Source of the DNA: Glaucostegus cemiculus
Taxonomy: Eukaryota
Length of the DNA stretch: 64,000 bases
Direction of reading: 5' to 3'
Assembly (NCBI GenBank): GCA_976551045.1
Contig: CDPCPM010000026.1
Location: 15,252,001 to 15,316,000 of the forward strand
The notes beneath the pieces were generated by a model, which was not told the DNA's origin, made no database searches, and was given only the letters and a program-made list of their open reading frames with translations. The position numbers and the translations under genes are program-made. This document shows, piece by piece, positions 39,161-51,320 of the stretch (position 1 is the stretch's first letter; the number at the start of each line of letters is the position of its first letter).

Positions 39161-39879
39161 TGAGAATGTGCTAAATGTATGCAAGACTATCCTAACATTT
39201 TGGATATACTTGTCTTCTGAGGGTAGAAATTGAGAGAAACATGTTACTAAAATCTTTATCAAATATACACACCAGATGGTCTTATTTTCATATGTGATCA
39301 TCAATATATTGTGTATTAAAAATCCAGATACTGTTAAAGATCTGCAAATATTCAAAACAGATCTCTGTTCTAAAGGAAATCCATTTTTCCATAACATTGT
39401 CCAGTTTATTAAACCAGTTATGCAATTAGATTTAAAACATAATATAAAGCTCTATTTTACTGTGTTTGTGAGTAATTTATGATAAGCAGAATTGAGACTG
39501 CCTTCAAAAAGTAACTTCAGTTAATTTTAAATTGTGTAAAAATCAAAACTTCCTGTTCCATTGGTGATCCATCTAATCAATGATAGGTATTCAGGAATCA
39601 TTATTACTCATCACAAGTCGGTAGCTATTTCTGACTATCTGGTCTGGACAGGATTCCACCAGGACAGGGAAAGGAGAAAATAATTCAATAACAACAAAAA
39701 GTCAACATTGTGGTCTCTGATATTACATTAAAGCATTCTAATTTAGGTCAGTTTTACTTAGTGTTTGAAAGTATAACATGGATTATTAGCATTGTTGCTC
39801 CCAATGTCTAAAGAAGTTCACATAACATTTTTCAAAACTACCTTATCAACTCCACCCAAAATATATACACTTGAACCCT

Positions 39880-40260
39880 CTATTTTTGTAAGCTACTGCT
39901 ACGACATCAGCAGTATTTTCTTTCTCAAAGCCTCTGAATACATGGTTGCCTCCTAAATCCTACCTGCAACTCCGTGCTTGAATTCCTCCAATCAGGTTTG
40001 CACTCACAGCACTGCAACCACATTAATCAAAATCACTAATAACGTTAGCTAATGGCAACCAAAAACATCCCTCTTAAGACTCGTACAGTCTTTGACAGAA
40101 TCAACCAAGCACCCTCCTTCAATATCTATCCAGCATGTTCCCGCTAAGTGAGACTGCCCTTGATTGTATCAGTACCTACCTATCAAAATTATAGCTGTAG
40201 AACTTCCAGCAATGCCTTACTTCCTATTACCAACTGTTACTTTTGGACTTGCCCAAGGTC
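39880..40260 (+). mobile_element. L2 LINE RT fragment
   Basis: FFLKASEYMVAS...LEFLQSG..HSTATTLIKITN...FDRINQ...STYLS...GLAQG, cf. QSGFR..HSTETAL.KVTND. Confidence 0.8.
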
Positions 40261-41049
40261 CAGGAGTAACAGTTCTTTCCCCAAAGGGTGTGCCTTGATG
40301 ATCTCATCTAGAAACCTTGGTCCAAGTATTCATAGGGAAGCAGGACAGAGGTGGGGGTGGTTGGCATGGTCAAATAATCTGTCAAGGCCAGGGCGACAAA
40401 GATCCTTCCCTTTTTTTATGAGGCAGGTGGCCAAAGAGTCAGCACAAGGAGAGCCAGCAACAGGAGGCAACAACCATGGCAATAGTTCCTGGTAACCAAA
40501 AGAGGCTCTGATTGGAACCGGCGAAGGAGGTGGCCAATCAGGAATACCAGGTGAAATGCTGATCTGAGAGGCAAACATGGACACATGTCCCTACAAAGGT
40601 ACCAACCTTGCTCCTTCTCACCTCCTCATTCTGTCTTATGGATTCAACAGTTTCTACTTCCCTTTAAGTGCTGCTGTTCATGACTCCCAGTTAGCTTTAA
40701 AACAGCTCTCAACAGCACTGTTAACTGAAAGTCTCACCTCTCCCTGGCAGCACATCCAGATGCCCCAAAAGCACCACACAAATCTACCTCTCTAGCTCTT
40801 TTTCTACCTGTATTAAATCTTATTATGTAGTTTTCGATGATGCTGAGGCACTATATGAAAGCATTTCTTCTGTATTGTCAGCCTGCTTTCTTGACCCAAT
40901 GCTAGCTGAGAAAATTCCTCTCACCAAGTGTTCAGAAGATCAAGATCCTTATCTAAAAATAGACTGAAGATAGGTGACAATGGCTGGTCTTGCCATTAAG
41001 GGATCACTTAACTGAATGTGATACCAAAGTTTGGTAATAAAATTTAAGT

Positions 41050-41320
41050 TAATGGGAATGAAGACATAAAACTCTCCACTGCCAGGAGTCATACTTAACA
41101 TAAACAAAACCACTGCAGTTATTGAAGTCCATTTCCAAGTATCTCAGCCCCAGAGCCTTGCTATGTTAGATTCCTCAGACCAGTGTTTGAGCTCCAACAG
41201 TTTCATCAATAATAAGCTGTCCTCCCTTCACAGGGTCAGATGCGGGAATATATTCACTGAAGAGTTTCACTTACAATGCCTTGGATAACAAAGCAATCTC
41301 TCCCTGCATGCTGCAAAGGT
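41050..41320 (+). mobile_element. CR1-group LINE RT fragment (likely same family as 5975)
   Basis: ESYLT...SQPQSLA..IPQTSV...IN..S..RV..GIF, cf. GVPQGSVLGP...INDL...MFADD. Confidence 0.65.
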
Positions 41321-42861
41321 CTGTGAATGCAATTGTGTTGCAGCTCTGCCAGCAGCATGGAGATAATCTCCATGATCATCTCCTGAACTCTCAAATTGTA
41401 ACCAAAAATGAAGAAAATTCACTCTTATAATGCTGAAATAAATGGTGCCGTGGAGCCCTGTTTCACGGTCTGCATGAAAACTGAGAGATGGTTGCTTGGA
41501 AAAATGCTAACCACTGCGTACTTGGGTCTTGACTCCTTTTGGAAACTTACCTCAATCAGATTCGAAACTCAAGATACTCATCAAGTACATTATTTTACCC
41601 TTCAAGCAATGATACTGCTGTTTGGTAGATCTGACAGCTTTCTGCAATAAAATCCAAAATATTGTCCCATAAAATAATGTTTTGTTGTCTACTACATAAT
41701 TTTGTTCTGAAATAGAAACAGCAATATGGACTTCACCATGATGAAAGAGCGGACAACCAATGGGCACAGAAAATGGAAGGCTCTAACAACCAACCAGTGA
41801 GTCCTTTCGGCAGTGGCTTATTGAAGACTTCCTCATTTAAATTATAGCTGATTCCCTTCCTGTTGAATATATCTGTATCAAACTGTCCACTCTCAGATAA
41901 CCTGCACATAAGAAAGATCAACATTTGTATTCAATGCAACTATCAAAGCAGGATTATAAATTATTACAAAATCAAAACATCTCATAAAGGTTTGTTATCC
42001 TCACTCCAGTGTTTGCCCATTGTGCCTAATCTCATATCAGCTCTAATCCTTGCGCAATCCATTTCCACAATTCAATTCCACATCTGGAGTGGAAGGCTGC
42101 TGTGGTTTAGTCAAAGGTTGCTAATTCCTTGAAGCTCTGGCCTGGCTCCAGGCTGTAACTGTTTAATCAGTTATTGGGTTACTGTGTGCTGTGCGTGTTG
42201 TTTTCTGGAGGAGAAGACATGGATGCAGGACTATGGTGGTGCCAAGCTGTGCAGACTATAGAAGGGAGAATAAGGGGTATGTTTTTCCTGGCGTCCTAGT
42301 ACATTTATAAACCATTGGAATAATGCTTTTGGCAATTACCTACACAGGCAACTCTCCCCATTACTGCTGGCTAATTTGACAAGGCAGCCAGGTTCTGAAG
42401 GAAAGGAGGAGGACCTCCTTGTAGTTCTTTGTTTACACTAACAGCACTTAGACAAATGAACTGGAGAATGGAGAACAACATCATTGTTGTACACTACTTA
42501 AATAATTTACACTCCCATTGATGTAAGACCAAAAGTACAAACAATGACTATGTTAGTTTCTGAACCACACTTTGTCATGCAGACCTCGTTAAAATATACA
42601 ATGACCCCACTGTTAGTTTAGTGACATGCTAAGAGCTGCTGAGGATCTGACATCATGACAGAAACTCGGCTTTTACCTTCTTATTGTTTAACTTCAGGGT
42701 TTTATGCTAATTGCACAGCATTAGGTGTGACGAGGAACTGCATGACGTGATTGTAGATCTAGCATTTTAAGGGCCTTTTGAAAAAGTGAATTTGCAGGAG
42801 CTTGGAACAAGAAACAAAAGAAAAAATACTCTCAATATGGAATCAGAACAAAAACTTACCT

Positions 42862-43047
42862 GCCTTATATAATGTGCTGCTAGAGGCCATGAGTGGCCAG
42901 AACCAGATATTCTTCCCAAACTATGAGAGGAATAAACCTGTTGACACAAAGAAATAATGGCTGGAGGTGACCCAGGAGGTCAACAAGAGGAGCGTTGTGC
43001 CATTTTGTGGATTTAGTGCAGCAAGCTGTTTAATGACCAAACCAGGT
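42862..43047 (+). mobile_element. Harbinger-type Myb/SANT-like DNA-binding gene remnant
   Basis: ALYNVLLEAMSGQNQIFFPNYERNKPVDTKK*WLEVTQEVNKRSVVPF/WI*CSKLFNDQTR; two stops and one frameshift; element probably extends to ~44400. Confidence 0.75.
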
Positions 43048-45215
43048 ATGGAAAATTAATTGCATTTGCAGATTCATGCACATCTTGCTGTGTGCACCAT
43101 CCCATCACCTCGGTCTACTTGCCAGGCATACTCAGTCATATCACTCCATACATTCCCTTACTTTGCTTGTGTATCTCTTCCTTCTTTCCCCATGAATTTC
43201 TTCATATTTCCATCTACCACTGCCACTCATCCTCATCACTTTCATCCACCCCCTCCCCCCACCCCGTCGTCATCTTCCCCAAGTGGTCTGCATCAATCAG
43301 TCTGGCTTATGAACCACTCTTTGCCATGCAAACCTTGTTAAAATATGTGCCACTACCATCGTTCCTAGGATTTTTCTTTCTTTGCAGCAGTAGTTGATAT
43401 GAACACTGAGTGAAACATGATCATAATAAGTTATGAAATTTTTACCTTGGGTGGACATAAGAGATGACAATTCCTCAGAGGAACTAACTCATTCTTTTAA
43501 TGTATGACTCGTGATTATCGTGCACCAGCTCAGAGACTAGACTGAGACTAGAAAATCAGATGACTGGATTTTCACCTGGACAGTCACACTTCACAAGTGA
43601 GTAAGAGTAAGCGATGGTAGAAGGAAGACCGATCAAAGACAATGTTAGAGGCTGCAGCCTTCTTTAAGCTTTCCACAGCTGAGACTGATATACTGACAGG
43701 CCCTACAGACACATTGATCACATATAACAAGATAACAAGATCACAACACATTACAATGAAGGTCTTTTGCATAAACACAGTAATCACGAGTGGATGGATG
43801 CCTACAGCATGCCGGGGCAATCTCTGGATGCTAACATATCTGCACACCTTAAGAATTATGACAGGCAACTCAGCCTCATACTTATTATAATGCCACACTG
43901 ACTTGGCCAAATTACTCTCATACCATGAAGTGGAGCTAGACCACAAGAAGGATGGTGGTGAAAGAAGACTCCATTCAAGGTATACCACTTTTCACCAATT
44001 GTTCCTCTGAACATCAAAGTCAGTACCTGACATCCTGCCTTATGTCCTACTGACTGAGTCAGCCCTTACACAGGGGCAGGTGGAACAGCCTTTAGCAAAG
44101 TATTCATAGGCCCAAAATATTTGCTAGCCAAGGCTGTATCGGCAGCTTGTACATGGATTCAGCAGGTTGCCTCAGTATCTGCTGAAACCAAAGAATTGCA
44201 CAACATAGAACTAAGAGGAAAAGGACTGGGCAAAAAACATTTGTTAGACACAACCTACCTCTCCCAACAGAATTGTGCACAAGCAGCCCTAACAAGTGGC
44301 AGTTAAATATGAAACTAGCTTCTTGATAGACACGTGCTTTCCAAGTTTTCATCCCTCGCCCACACCTCTTTCTGTGTACGCCTTATTTAAATTCAGCCAG
44401 TGCTCTTAGCTCCAAAAATGACTTACAAAATTGTCACTGTATAGCTTGAATATGAAGCAGCAAATAGTAACATTTCACTCAAAATTTGAGGATTATAAAT
44501 TGAAATATCATGACATGTTATCTCCTTGCATTTCTTTTCTGCATGGTGCTCTGAACAGAGCACTGTGTCTCAAAGTGGAAGAACAACTGGCACAAAACTG
44601 CTCATCCTTTCCAAATCATTGCTCCTGCCAGGTAATCATGGTTATGACGTATGCGCAGTCATTGTGCAATAGTATTCCAGCTACTGGTTAAATGTGGGAA
44701 GTAACACTGGTGTGAAGAACAACAAGAGCAAAAAAATTTAAAACGTGCTGCACATTTAGTTATGACTCAGTTTTCAGCTGTATTGATTTTTGGGCTATCA
44801 GAAAATGAAAATAATAATTTAATCTTTATCGAAAAAGCATATTATACATGGTTTGACTATCAAAAATCAGAAAAACAATAGCCTTTAGAGTCCAAATGAA
44901 CTTTTACAGTGAATAGGTTTTGCAAATGAATATTCTCCTTTGTGGTCCTAAGATCTAAAACGCATTACTATCCCTCCGAGGTCCTCGTACAGCTGGCTGT
45001 TTTATACAGCCAGATGGAGGTAGATACATTTCCCAAGTGAACAATTGTTTTCATTCTCCTCCTGTGCCACCAGAAATTATAAGTGGAAACTAAAACGCAA
45101 CTAAATACCTTCAATCTACTCTTGTGATCAGTGATAAATGCAGCTCTACATGCTAAAGGTCACTGGAAGACTGCACTACAATAGACTACAGTCTAAACGT
45201 AACAGAATGTGGTTA

Positions 45216-45233
45216 TACTGCCACCAAGTGTCA
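45216..45233 (-). promoter_or_regulatory. Putative CTCF site
   Basis: Reverse complement TGACACTTGGTGGCAGTA resembles CCACTAGGTGGCAG. Motif only. Confidence 0.4.
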
Positions 45234-45744
45234 TAAAATAATATTAGCAAGAGGCTTTTCAGCAACAGCACACAGTTCAAAATTTTTAGTAACATGCAAC
45301 ACAGGTCTAATAATGAGAAAAAAACTATCTCTTTTCAACACACTGGCATTATATACATATATGTACTGTTTGAATATTAACCAGTCAGATATGTATCTAT
45401 TATGCTTAGCTATAATGCAACCATTTTCAATTTTTGCTCCATCTAATTAATATACAAATCATTAAAATGAAACATCAACATTCAATCCCATCAGTTACAC
45501 CAAAAATACATTCTATTGTGGATAAAAATAAGTGATGCTTACTTGAGTAGTTTCACAACTCATTCAATGAAATGCCAAAATTAATCAACAGACATAATGA
45601 TGTCCAATGTCTCTCTAACCTATTCATTAGCTCAGTGGGTTGAGCAACATCTGTGGGGGGAAAGGAATTGCCAATGTTTCAACCCGAAATGAGGTCAGAA
45701 TGTGGCAAAAATCAAGATAATCCAGCATCCAGAGATTAGATGGT

Positions 45745-46078
45745 GAGATTTTTTCCCCCACTTAGTAGAGATGTCTATAGCCAAAGAGCATATAGTATGT
45801 TTAAGGTGAGGAGTAGGAGATTTAAATAGGATTTGAGAAGGGACTTTTTTCATCCAGAGAGTGGTTGAAATCTGAATCATGTGGGGTGGTGGAGGCAGGT
45901 ACTAACACAATATTTAGGAAGTATTTAAATGAGTACTTGAAACAATATGGCATAGAAGCCTATGGACTGAATGATAAAAAATAGGATTAGTATGGATAGG
46001 TACTTCTTGGCCAATGCAGGAACTGTGGATCAATGGGTCTTTTCCTGTTCTATATGACTCTATTACTCTCTGACTCTA
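45745..46078 (+). mobile_element. CR1 3' fragment
   Basis: ttttcatccagagagtggttgaaatctg...; tail tatatgactctattactct. Confidence 0.85.
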
Positions 46079-46173
46079 AAATCCTTTTACCAACTGTTCC
46101 CATCCTTAAGTGACGGTCCCAATTTTAACAGATCTGTGGATTCCATTCTGTCACTTGTGATTTCTGATCAGTG

Positions 46174-46222
46174 CCTAATGAAATTAATAACATCAGAATT
46201 TGATGTTATTAATTTCATTGGG
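46174..46222. repeat. Perfect 19-bp inverted repeat
   Basis: aatgaaattaataacatca (46177-46195) / tgatgttattaatttcatt (46201-46219). Confidence 0.95.
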
Positions 46223-46504
46223 AGTTTGATGTAATTTTACCTCAGTGGGAAATTTCACACAGGCGCCAACTCACAAATAATATTGGCTTCAATATAGCAT
46301 GACTTATGGATTTAAATTTTAAGAAGAACTCACCTCCATTAATATAGATCAATATGATTTCCATCTTTTTCTGACAATTGAATACCAGAACTAGTTGGAT
46401 CTTCAATGAGTTCTGGCATTCAGCAACAGTTTCTTGCACATTTCCCATGTACCCTGACTGCCTTGGTATCAAAACATCTTTCACTTCTGAGTTCATTGCA
46501 ATAG

Positions 46505-46640
46505 CAGTTCTGAGGAAGGATCGCTGGTCAGAAACGTTGACAGGTTTCTATTTCCACAGATGTTGCTTCACTAGCTGAGTTCCTCCAGCATTTCTACCTT
46601 TGTTTCAGATTTCCAGCATCTGCAGTTTTATTTGTTATCT
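46505..46640 (+). mobile_element. Penelope-type terminal-repeat fragment with hammerhead-like core
   Basis: CTGAGGA-aggatcgctggtca-GAAACGTTGA followed by tccacagatg...tcagatttccagcatctgcag. Confidence 0.7.
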
Positions 46641-46659
46641 TTCATTTCTGACTGGAAGA

Positions 46660-47365
46660 TACATGGTGATTATGTAATCAAAGCCCTCTAGGGTAGAGAA
46701 TTCCAATGATTCAAAAATGTTTAAGTTTTCCTCATTTCAAAGGGAATCTTCTTATTCTGCAGCTATTCATTCTGTAACCACAAGCCCCAGTCAAGGAAAA
46801 CATCATCCCAGCAATTATAATAATTGCTGAGATGATGTGCTCCTTGGTGGTGGTAGAGGTCGATATGATAGGACCATAGAACAATACAGCACAATAAAGG
46901 CCCTTCAGCCCACCACGTTGTGCTGACCTTCAAACCACACTTAAGACTACCTAACCCCTTCCTCCCACATATCCCCCTATTTTAACTTCCTCCATATGCT
47001 ATCTAACAATCTCTTGAACTTGATAGGGTCATCTAAGAGACTCTTAGATAGGCACATGGATGAAAGAAAAAATAGACGGTTATGGAGAGAGGGAGAGATT
47101 GTGGTAAGGTTTATAATAGGTTGGCACAACATTGTGGGCCGAAAGGCCTGTACTGTGCTGTACTGTTCTACTATCTATGTAATCAGATCACTTCTGTATG
47201 CTCTGTTTAAAACATTGACCAAATTTATTTAATCTTTTTTCACAGAACAATCTACAGCCCATTTCAGGAATCAGCTCACTAAATTCTTTGCTGCAACCCC
47301 TCAAATTCAAATAAATCCATTCTCATAAAGAACAAAATTGTACACAATACTCCAGGTGTGGTCAG
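46660..47365. mobile_element. Nest of three CR1 3' ends
   Basis: Minus copy 46873-47020 flanked by TGATAGG duplication inside a plus copy (~46825-47180), inside an older minus copy. Confidence 0.8.
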
Positions 47366-47384
47366 TAAAATTTGCAGACCTGTA

Positions 47385-47625
47385 AAGGCATGTTAAATGA
47401 GGTTTCCCTCCAAATTACACTCCAGCTTGCAGCTTGGAAATATACCTGTCAATGTCACTACACCTAAATCCTGGAACTCCTTCCCAACAATACAGTGGGA
47501 GTACCTTCACTAGAACAGGTCATGCTGTTAGGAAGATAATTCACTACTACTCTCCTGAGGGTTATTGGGATGAGTACTAATTGCTGGCCTTGCCAGTGAC
47601 ACCTTCATTTCACAAATAAATTTTA
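47385..47625 (+). mobile_element. CR1-group LINE 3' end
   Basis: aaatcctggaactccttcccaac...tgctggccttgccagtgacacc; homologous to 62100-62365. Confidence 0.7.
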
Positions 47626-48364
47626 AGAAATCTGTGGTGCATAGCAAACTAACGTGTCTTCTCAAGGACCCATCTTTGCAAGAGACTTTACACATTAATG
47701 CACTGTAAAACCATTCCTCCATACATTCTGTGATTGTAGAGTGCACAAAGTATGATATGTTTGTCATGAATGCAGTTCAGTGGTCAGTAATGGTCTTGGG
47801 GAGACTGCCCTGGGTGGGGGTGGGGGTGGGAGAGGAGTGGGCACTCAGTCTGAGGGGGAAATAGGAATGGCGTGGGTTAAGCACTATACAGGAGATTCAC
47901 AATCAGCTCCAAGGGGCATAGTGAGACTGAAATCAGGTTCAGGGAGTTGGAGACATGACCTGGTGCATCAGGTGGAGGAGTCAGAGAGAGCCATCACAAT
48001 AGTTATGCTTTTAACTTGACAGGAATGTTGGTGACTTGCCCGTGCTTAACTCAGTGGCCTGACACCTACTCAGGAGGCTTCCCTTTATCTGACAATAAGC
48101 CAAGCTAACATGCTGAGAAGGCCTACTTCTGCATGAGTAGGTCACATGTGCTTGCAGGATGTGTGCACTTGGATGAAAATCACTGAAGTGGCATCTGGTG
48201 TGCACCACAAGCTGCTCTACGCCATGCCACATGCCTGAACACCTCCTGTGCATTTACAAATGAAATACATGAAGGATGCATAAGGAAAATCAGGGACTCA
48301 ATCAGACACAATGCCTATGATTTTCTTAACATTTCCTTCAAAAATTCAGTTGCATGGCACACAT

Positions 48365-48715
48365 AAATATTGAGTTATGTTCCAGAATTTTTAAGTCTAT
48401 ATATTTATTCTTCTTCTTCAATCTTCTTATAATAAAGGATAGCATACCTTTCATTGTTGCTTGGTGTAACTGTATGCTAACATCCTGTGATTCATGCTCA
48501 AGGACATCAAATCTCACAACATCAAAATTTCCCAGTCTGTCACCATTTAAAGAATATTCTGCTTTTCTCTTTCTCCTACTAGTGTGGATAACTTCATTTT
48601 TCTTCACATTATATTCTGCCTGTCTCATTCTTGCCTCATCATTTGGTCTGTCTCCAGCACTCTGTAGTCTATGCTTCCTTCTGCAGATCATTTCCCAAGC
48701 TTTGTATCACAAATA
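48365..48715 (-). mobile_element. CR1 RT fragment
   Basis: EYNVKKNEVIH..RRKRKAEYSLNGDRLG...VLEHES, cf. MEYNVGKCEVIHFG. Confidence 0.8.
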
Positions 48716-48724
48716 AATTGTATA

Positions 48725-48860
48725 TGTTCTGAAGTAGGACTTAGGTCTGAAACATTAGCTCTGTTTTTCTTTCCAAATGTGCTTCCTAACCTGTTGAGTG
48801 TTTCCAGCATTTCTGTTTTTACTTCAGATTTCCAGCATCTGCAATTCTTTTGATTTTCAT
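48725..48860 (+). mobile_element. Penelope-type terminal-repeat fragment
   Basis: ctgaagtagg...tgaaacattagc...cagatttccagcatctgca. Confidence 0.65.
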
Positions 48861-50245
48861 TTTTATATATGTTTTACTTGATTCTTAATTAAGCCACTGG
48901 TTCAATTGTAAGTAATTGAGGCACAAGCGATGTTTCTTGCATTCCAAATATACCAAAGAGCTTCCAATTCCTTTTCTTTGTCATTTGTTTGTCTTACTCA
49001 TAGAATAAGCAATCTCAGCTCATTATGGATACTGCTTTTGCTTCTTCATTCATGAAAGTGGAAAAGCTGCAAGAGCTGCAGCCTCAGCAACACAGAAAGA
49101 TGCAGTTGAGATGTGGTTTGATCATCGAAGGCCTTAGCCAGCATGCTTTCTGCAAACCATGTGAACTAGAACTCTGTTGCAAAAGCAAACCCACAAAGTC
49201 ACTGTAGGTAGCAATATTCAGGATACAGAATGCTTACGTCATACAAGAATGCAACACTCAGGCTGAAAACAGATTTTGCTATACTTAAATAGAAACATAA
49301 AATGCTGGAAACACTAAGCAGAATAGGCAGCAGAGCTTCCAGTAGTTTCTGATTTTATTTCAGATTTCCAGCATCTGCAGATTTTTTGTTGAGTTTCCCC
49401 CCACACTTAGCAGAAACATTATGTAAAACTATCAATACACACATACAGTTACTTGAGCTACTTGACAGTAGTATTTTGGAGTGATGGAACATGTGACCTA
49501 GAAGGACTCCAAGGATGTGTTTTCTGGAAAGCTGCACTGCTGAAATAGACCTGGAGGAAAGAGAAAAGCAGGAAAAGACTGCATCTGGAGGCTGTATAGC
49601 AGCAGAAGAATCAAATCCTAAAGTCAAGTTATAAACATAGATTTTAGATGCAATCAAGTCTTGTTGAATTTGTACTTTTCCAGTGCTTCATAAATTAGTT
49701 AAAGGACCTGTTCAAAAAGAGCCAATCCTAAAAAAAAATTCTAAGCTGGTGAAATGAAAGCTACTTGCTTAAAACCAAAGTTTTGCATATTCTATTTTGA
49801 AATTCTGAAAATATTTTAGCTTAAAATTTGTCCTGCAATAAGAAAATGCAAAATGCTAATCCACTGGGAATATAATTATTAATCTAATATATTTTAACAT
49901 ATCTTAACCTGCAAGTGATAGTTTCTAATATTAGAGTAAAACATTGACATGATATTTTTCTGTCCTCTCTCTTCATGGATGCATTTGCCATTTGGGACAA
50001 ATGGTGATCCTTCCATTACAAAGTAAAGAGGAATGACATCTGGGTACTATCCAAATCTACCCTTTAATAACTTAATCTGTTGTAACAGACACTCATTCCA
50101 GTATCCAAACAGACTAATTGACTAATACTGATAACTTCCAATTTTGGTGAAATAGGGTGAATTTTCTTATGAAACGTTAAGAGGTTGCATGTTGTTTGAA
50201 ACACCACTTGTCAGCTGCGATTAGAATAAACTGGAGGGCCAGCCT

Positions 50246-51320
50246 ATAAGAACACAAGAACACAAGGCAAGAAAATAAGGCACTAGGAGCAGGAATAGGC
50301 CATGCCCTGCCATTCAATATGATCATGGCTGATCTGTGCTGGCCTCAACTCTTCTTTCCCCATACCTCTCTATTCCTCTATCTATCAAATATCTATCCAT
50401 CTCCACTTCAAAAACTCATAATGATCCAGCTTCCATCACCAGCCAAGGCAGAGAATTCCAGAGGTTCACCACATTCTGCAAGAAGATACTTCTACATACC
50501 TCAGTTTTAAATACCAGTCCCTTATCTTGTAGTTGCATCTCCTTGTTTGAGACTCTCCCACTAATGAAAACATCCCACCATCTACCCTGTTAAGTTTGCT
50601 TAGGATCATATATGATTAAATGCCATCCCTCATTCCTCTAAAGTCCAAGGAATACAGGCCCAAACTATTTAGTTTTTCATGGTAAGACAACCCTCTCATC
50701 CCATTAATTAGCCTGGTGTATCTCTTTTATACTGCCTCCAATGTTACTATGTTTTGTTTAGGTAAGGGGACAAAACTGTATTCCAGGTGAGGCCTCACCA
50801 ACATCCTGAACAATGGTAACAAAACCTCCCTATTTTTAAACTCCAACCCCTTTGCAACAAAGGCCAAGATGCCATTTGCCTTCCTAACTGCTCATTGGAC
50901 CTGCCTGCTAGTTTTTTGTGATTTCTCTTACTGAAGTGCATGACCTCACACTTCCCCACATTAAACTCTATTTGCAGTCTTGCTCATTCTATCTGCATCC
51001 TATTGCAAAATTACAGTATCCTTATCACAACATGCTCTTCCACCTATTTTCACATCAGCAGCAAACTTGGAAATCTTACATACTGTTCCATCCTCCAGGT
51101 CATTAATGTGAACACTAAACTATTGTGCGTCAAAAGTTGATCTCTGGAGTATTCCACTAGTTAACCCTTCCAGTCTCAAGAGGACTCACTTATTCCAAAT
51201 GTCTGTTTTCTATGAGACAGCCAGTTTTTAATCCATTCTAACACATTTCCTCCAATAGTATTGGCTTATAATTTATACATCAGTCTCTTATGTGGCACTT
51301 TGTCAAATGCTTTGTCAAAG
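50246..51320 (-). mobile_element. CR1 3' ~1.1 kb
   Basis: aagaacacaagaacacaag tail; reverse strand LVRPHLE and ...FDKAFDKVPHKRL. Confidence 0.9.

Noticed and set aside
40330-40595. GC-richer block with inverted CCAAT boxes as a promoter or hAT element
   Set aside because: Few CpGs, only a 6-bp terminal match (taggga) and no target duplication.
43060-43397. His/Pro-rich ORFs
   Set aside because: Pyrimidine-rich low-complexity sequence inside the Harbinger remnant.
49515-49634. Charged 39-aa peptide MCFLESCTAEIDLEEREKQEK...
   Set aside because: In-frame stop just upstream, weak acceptor; purine richness explains the composition.
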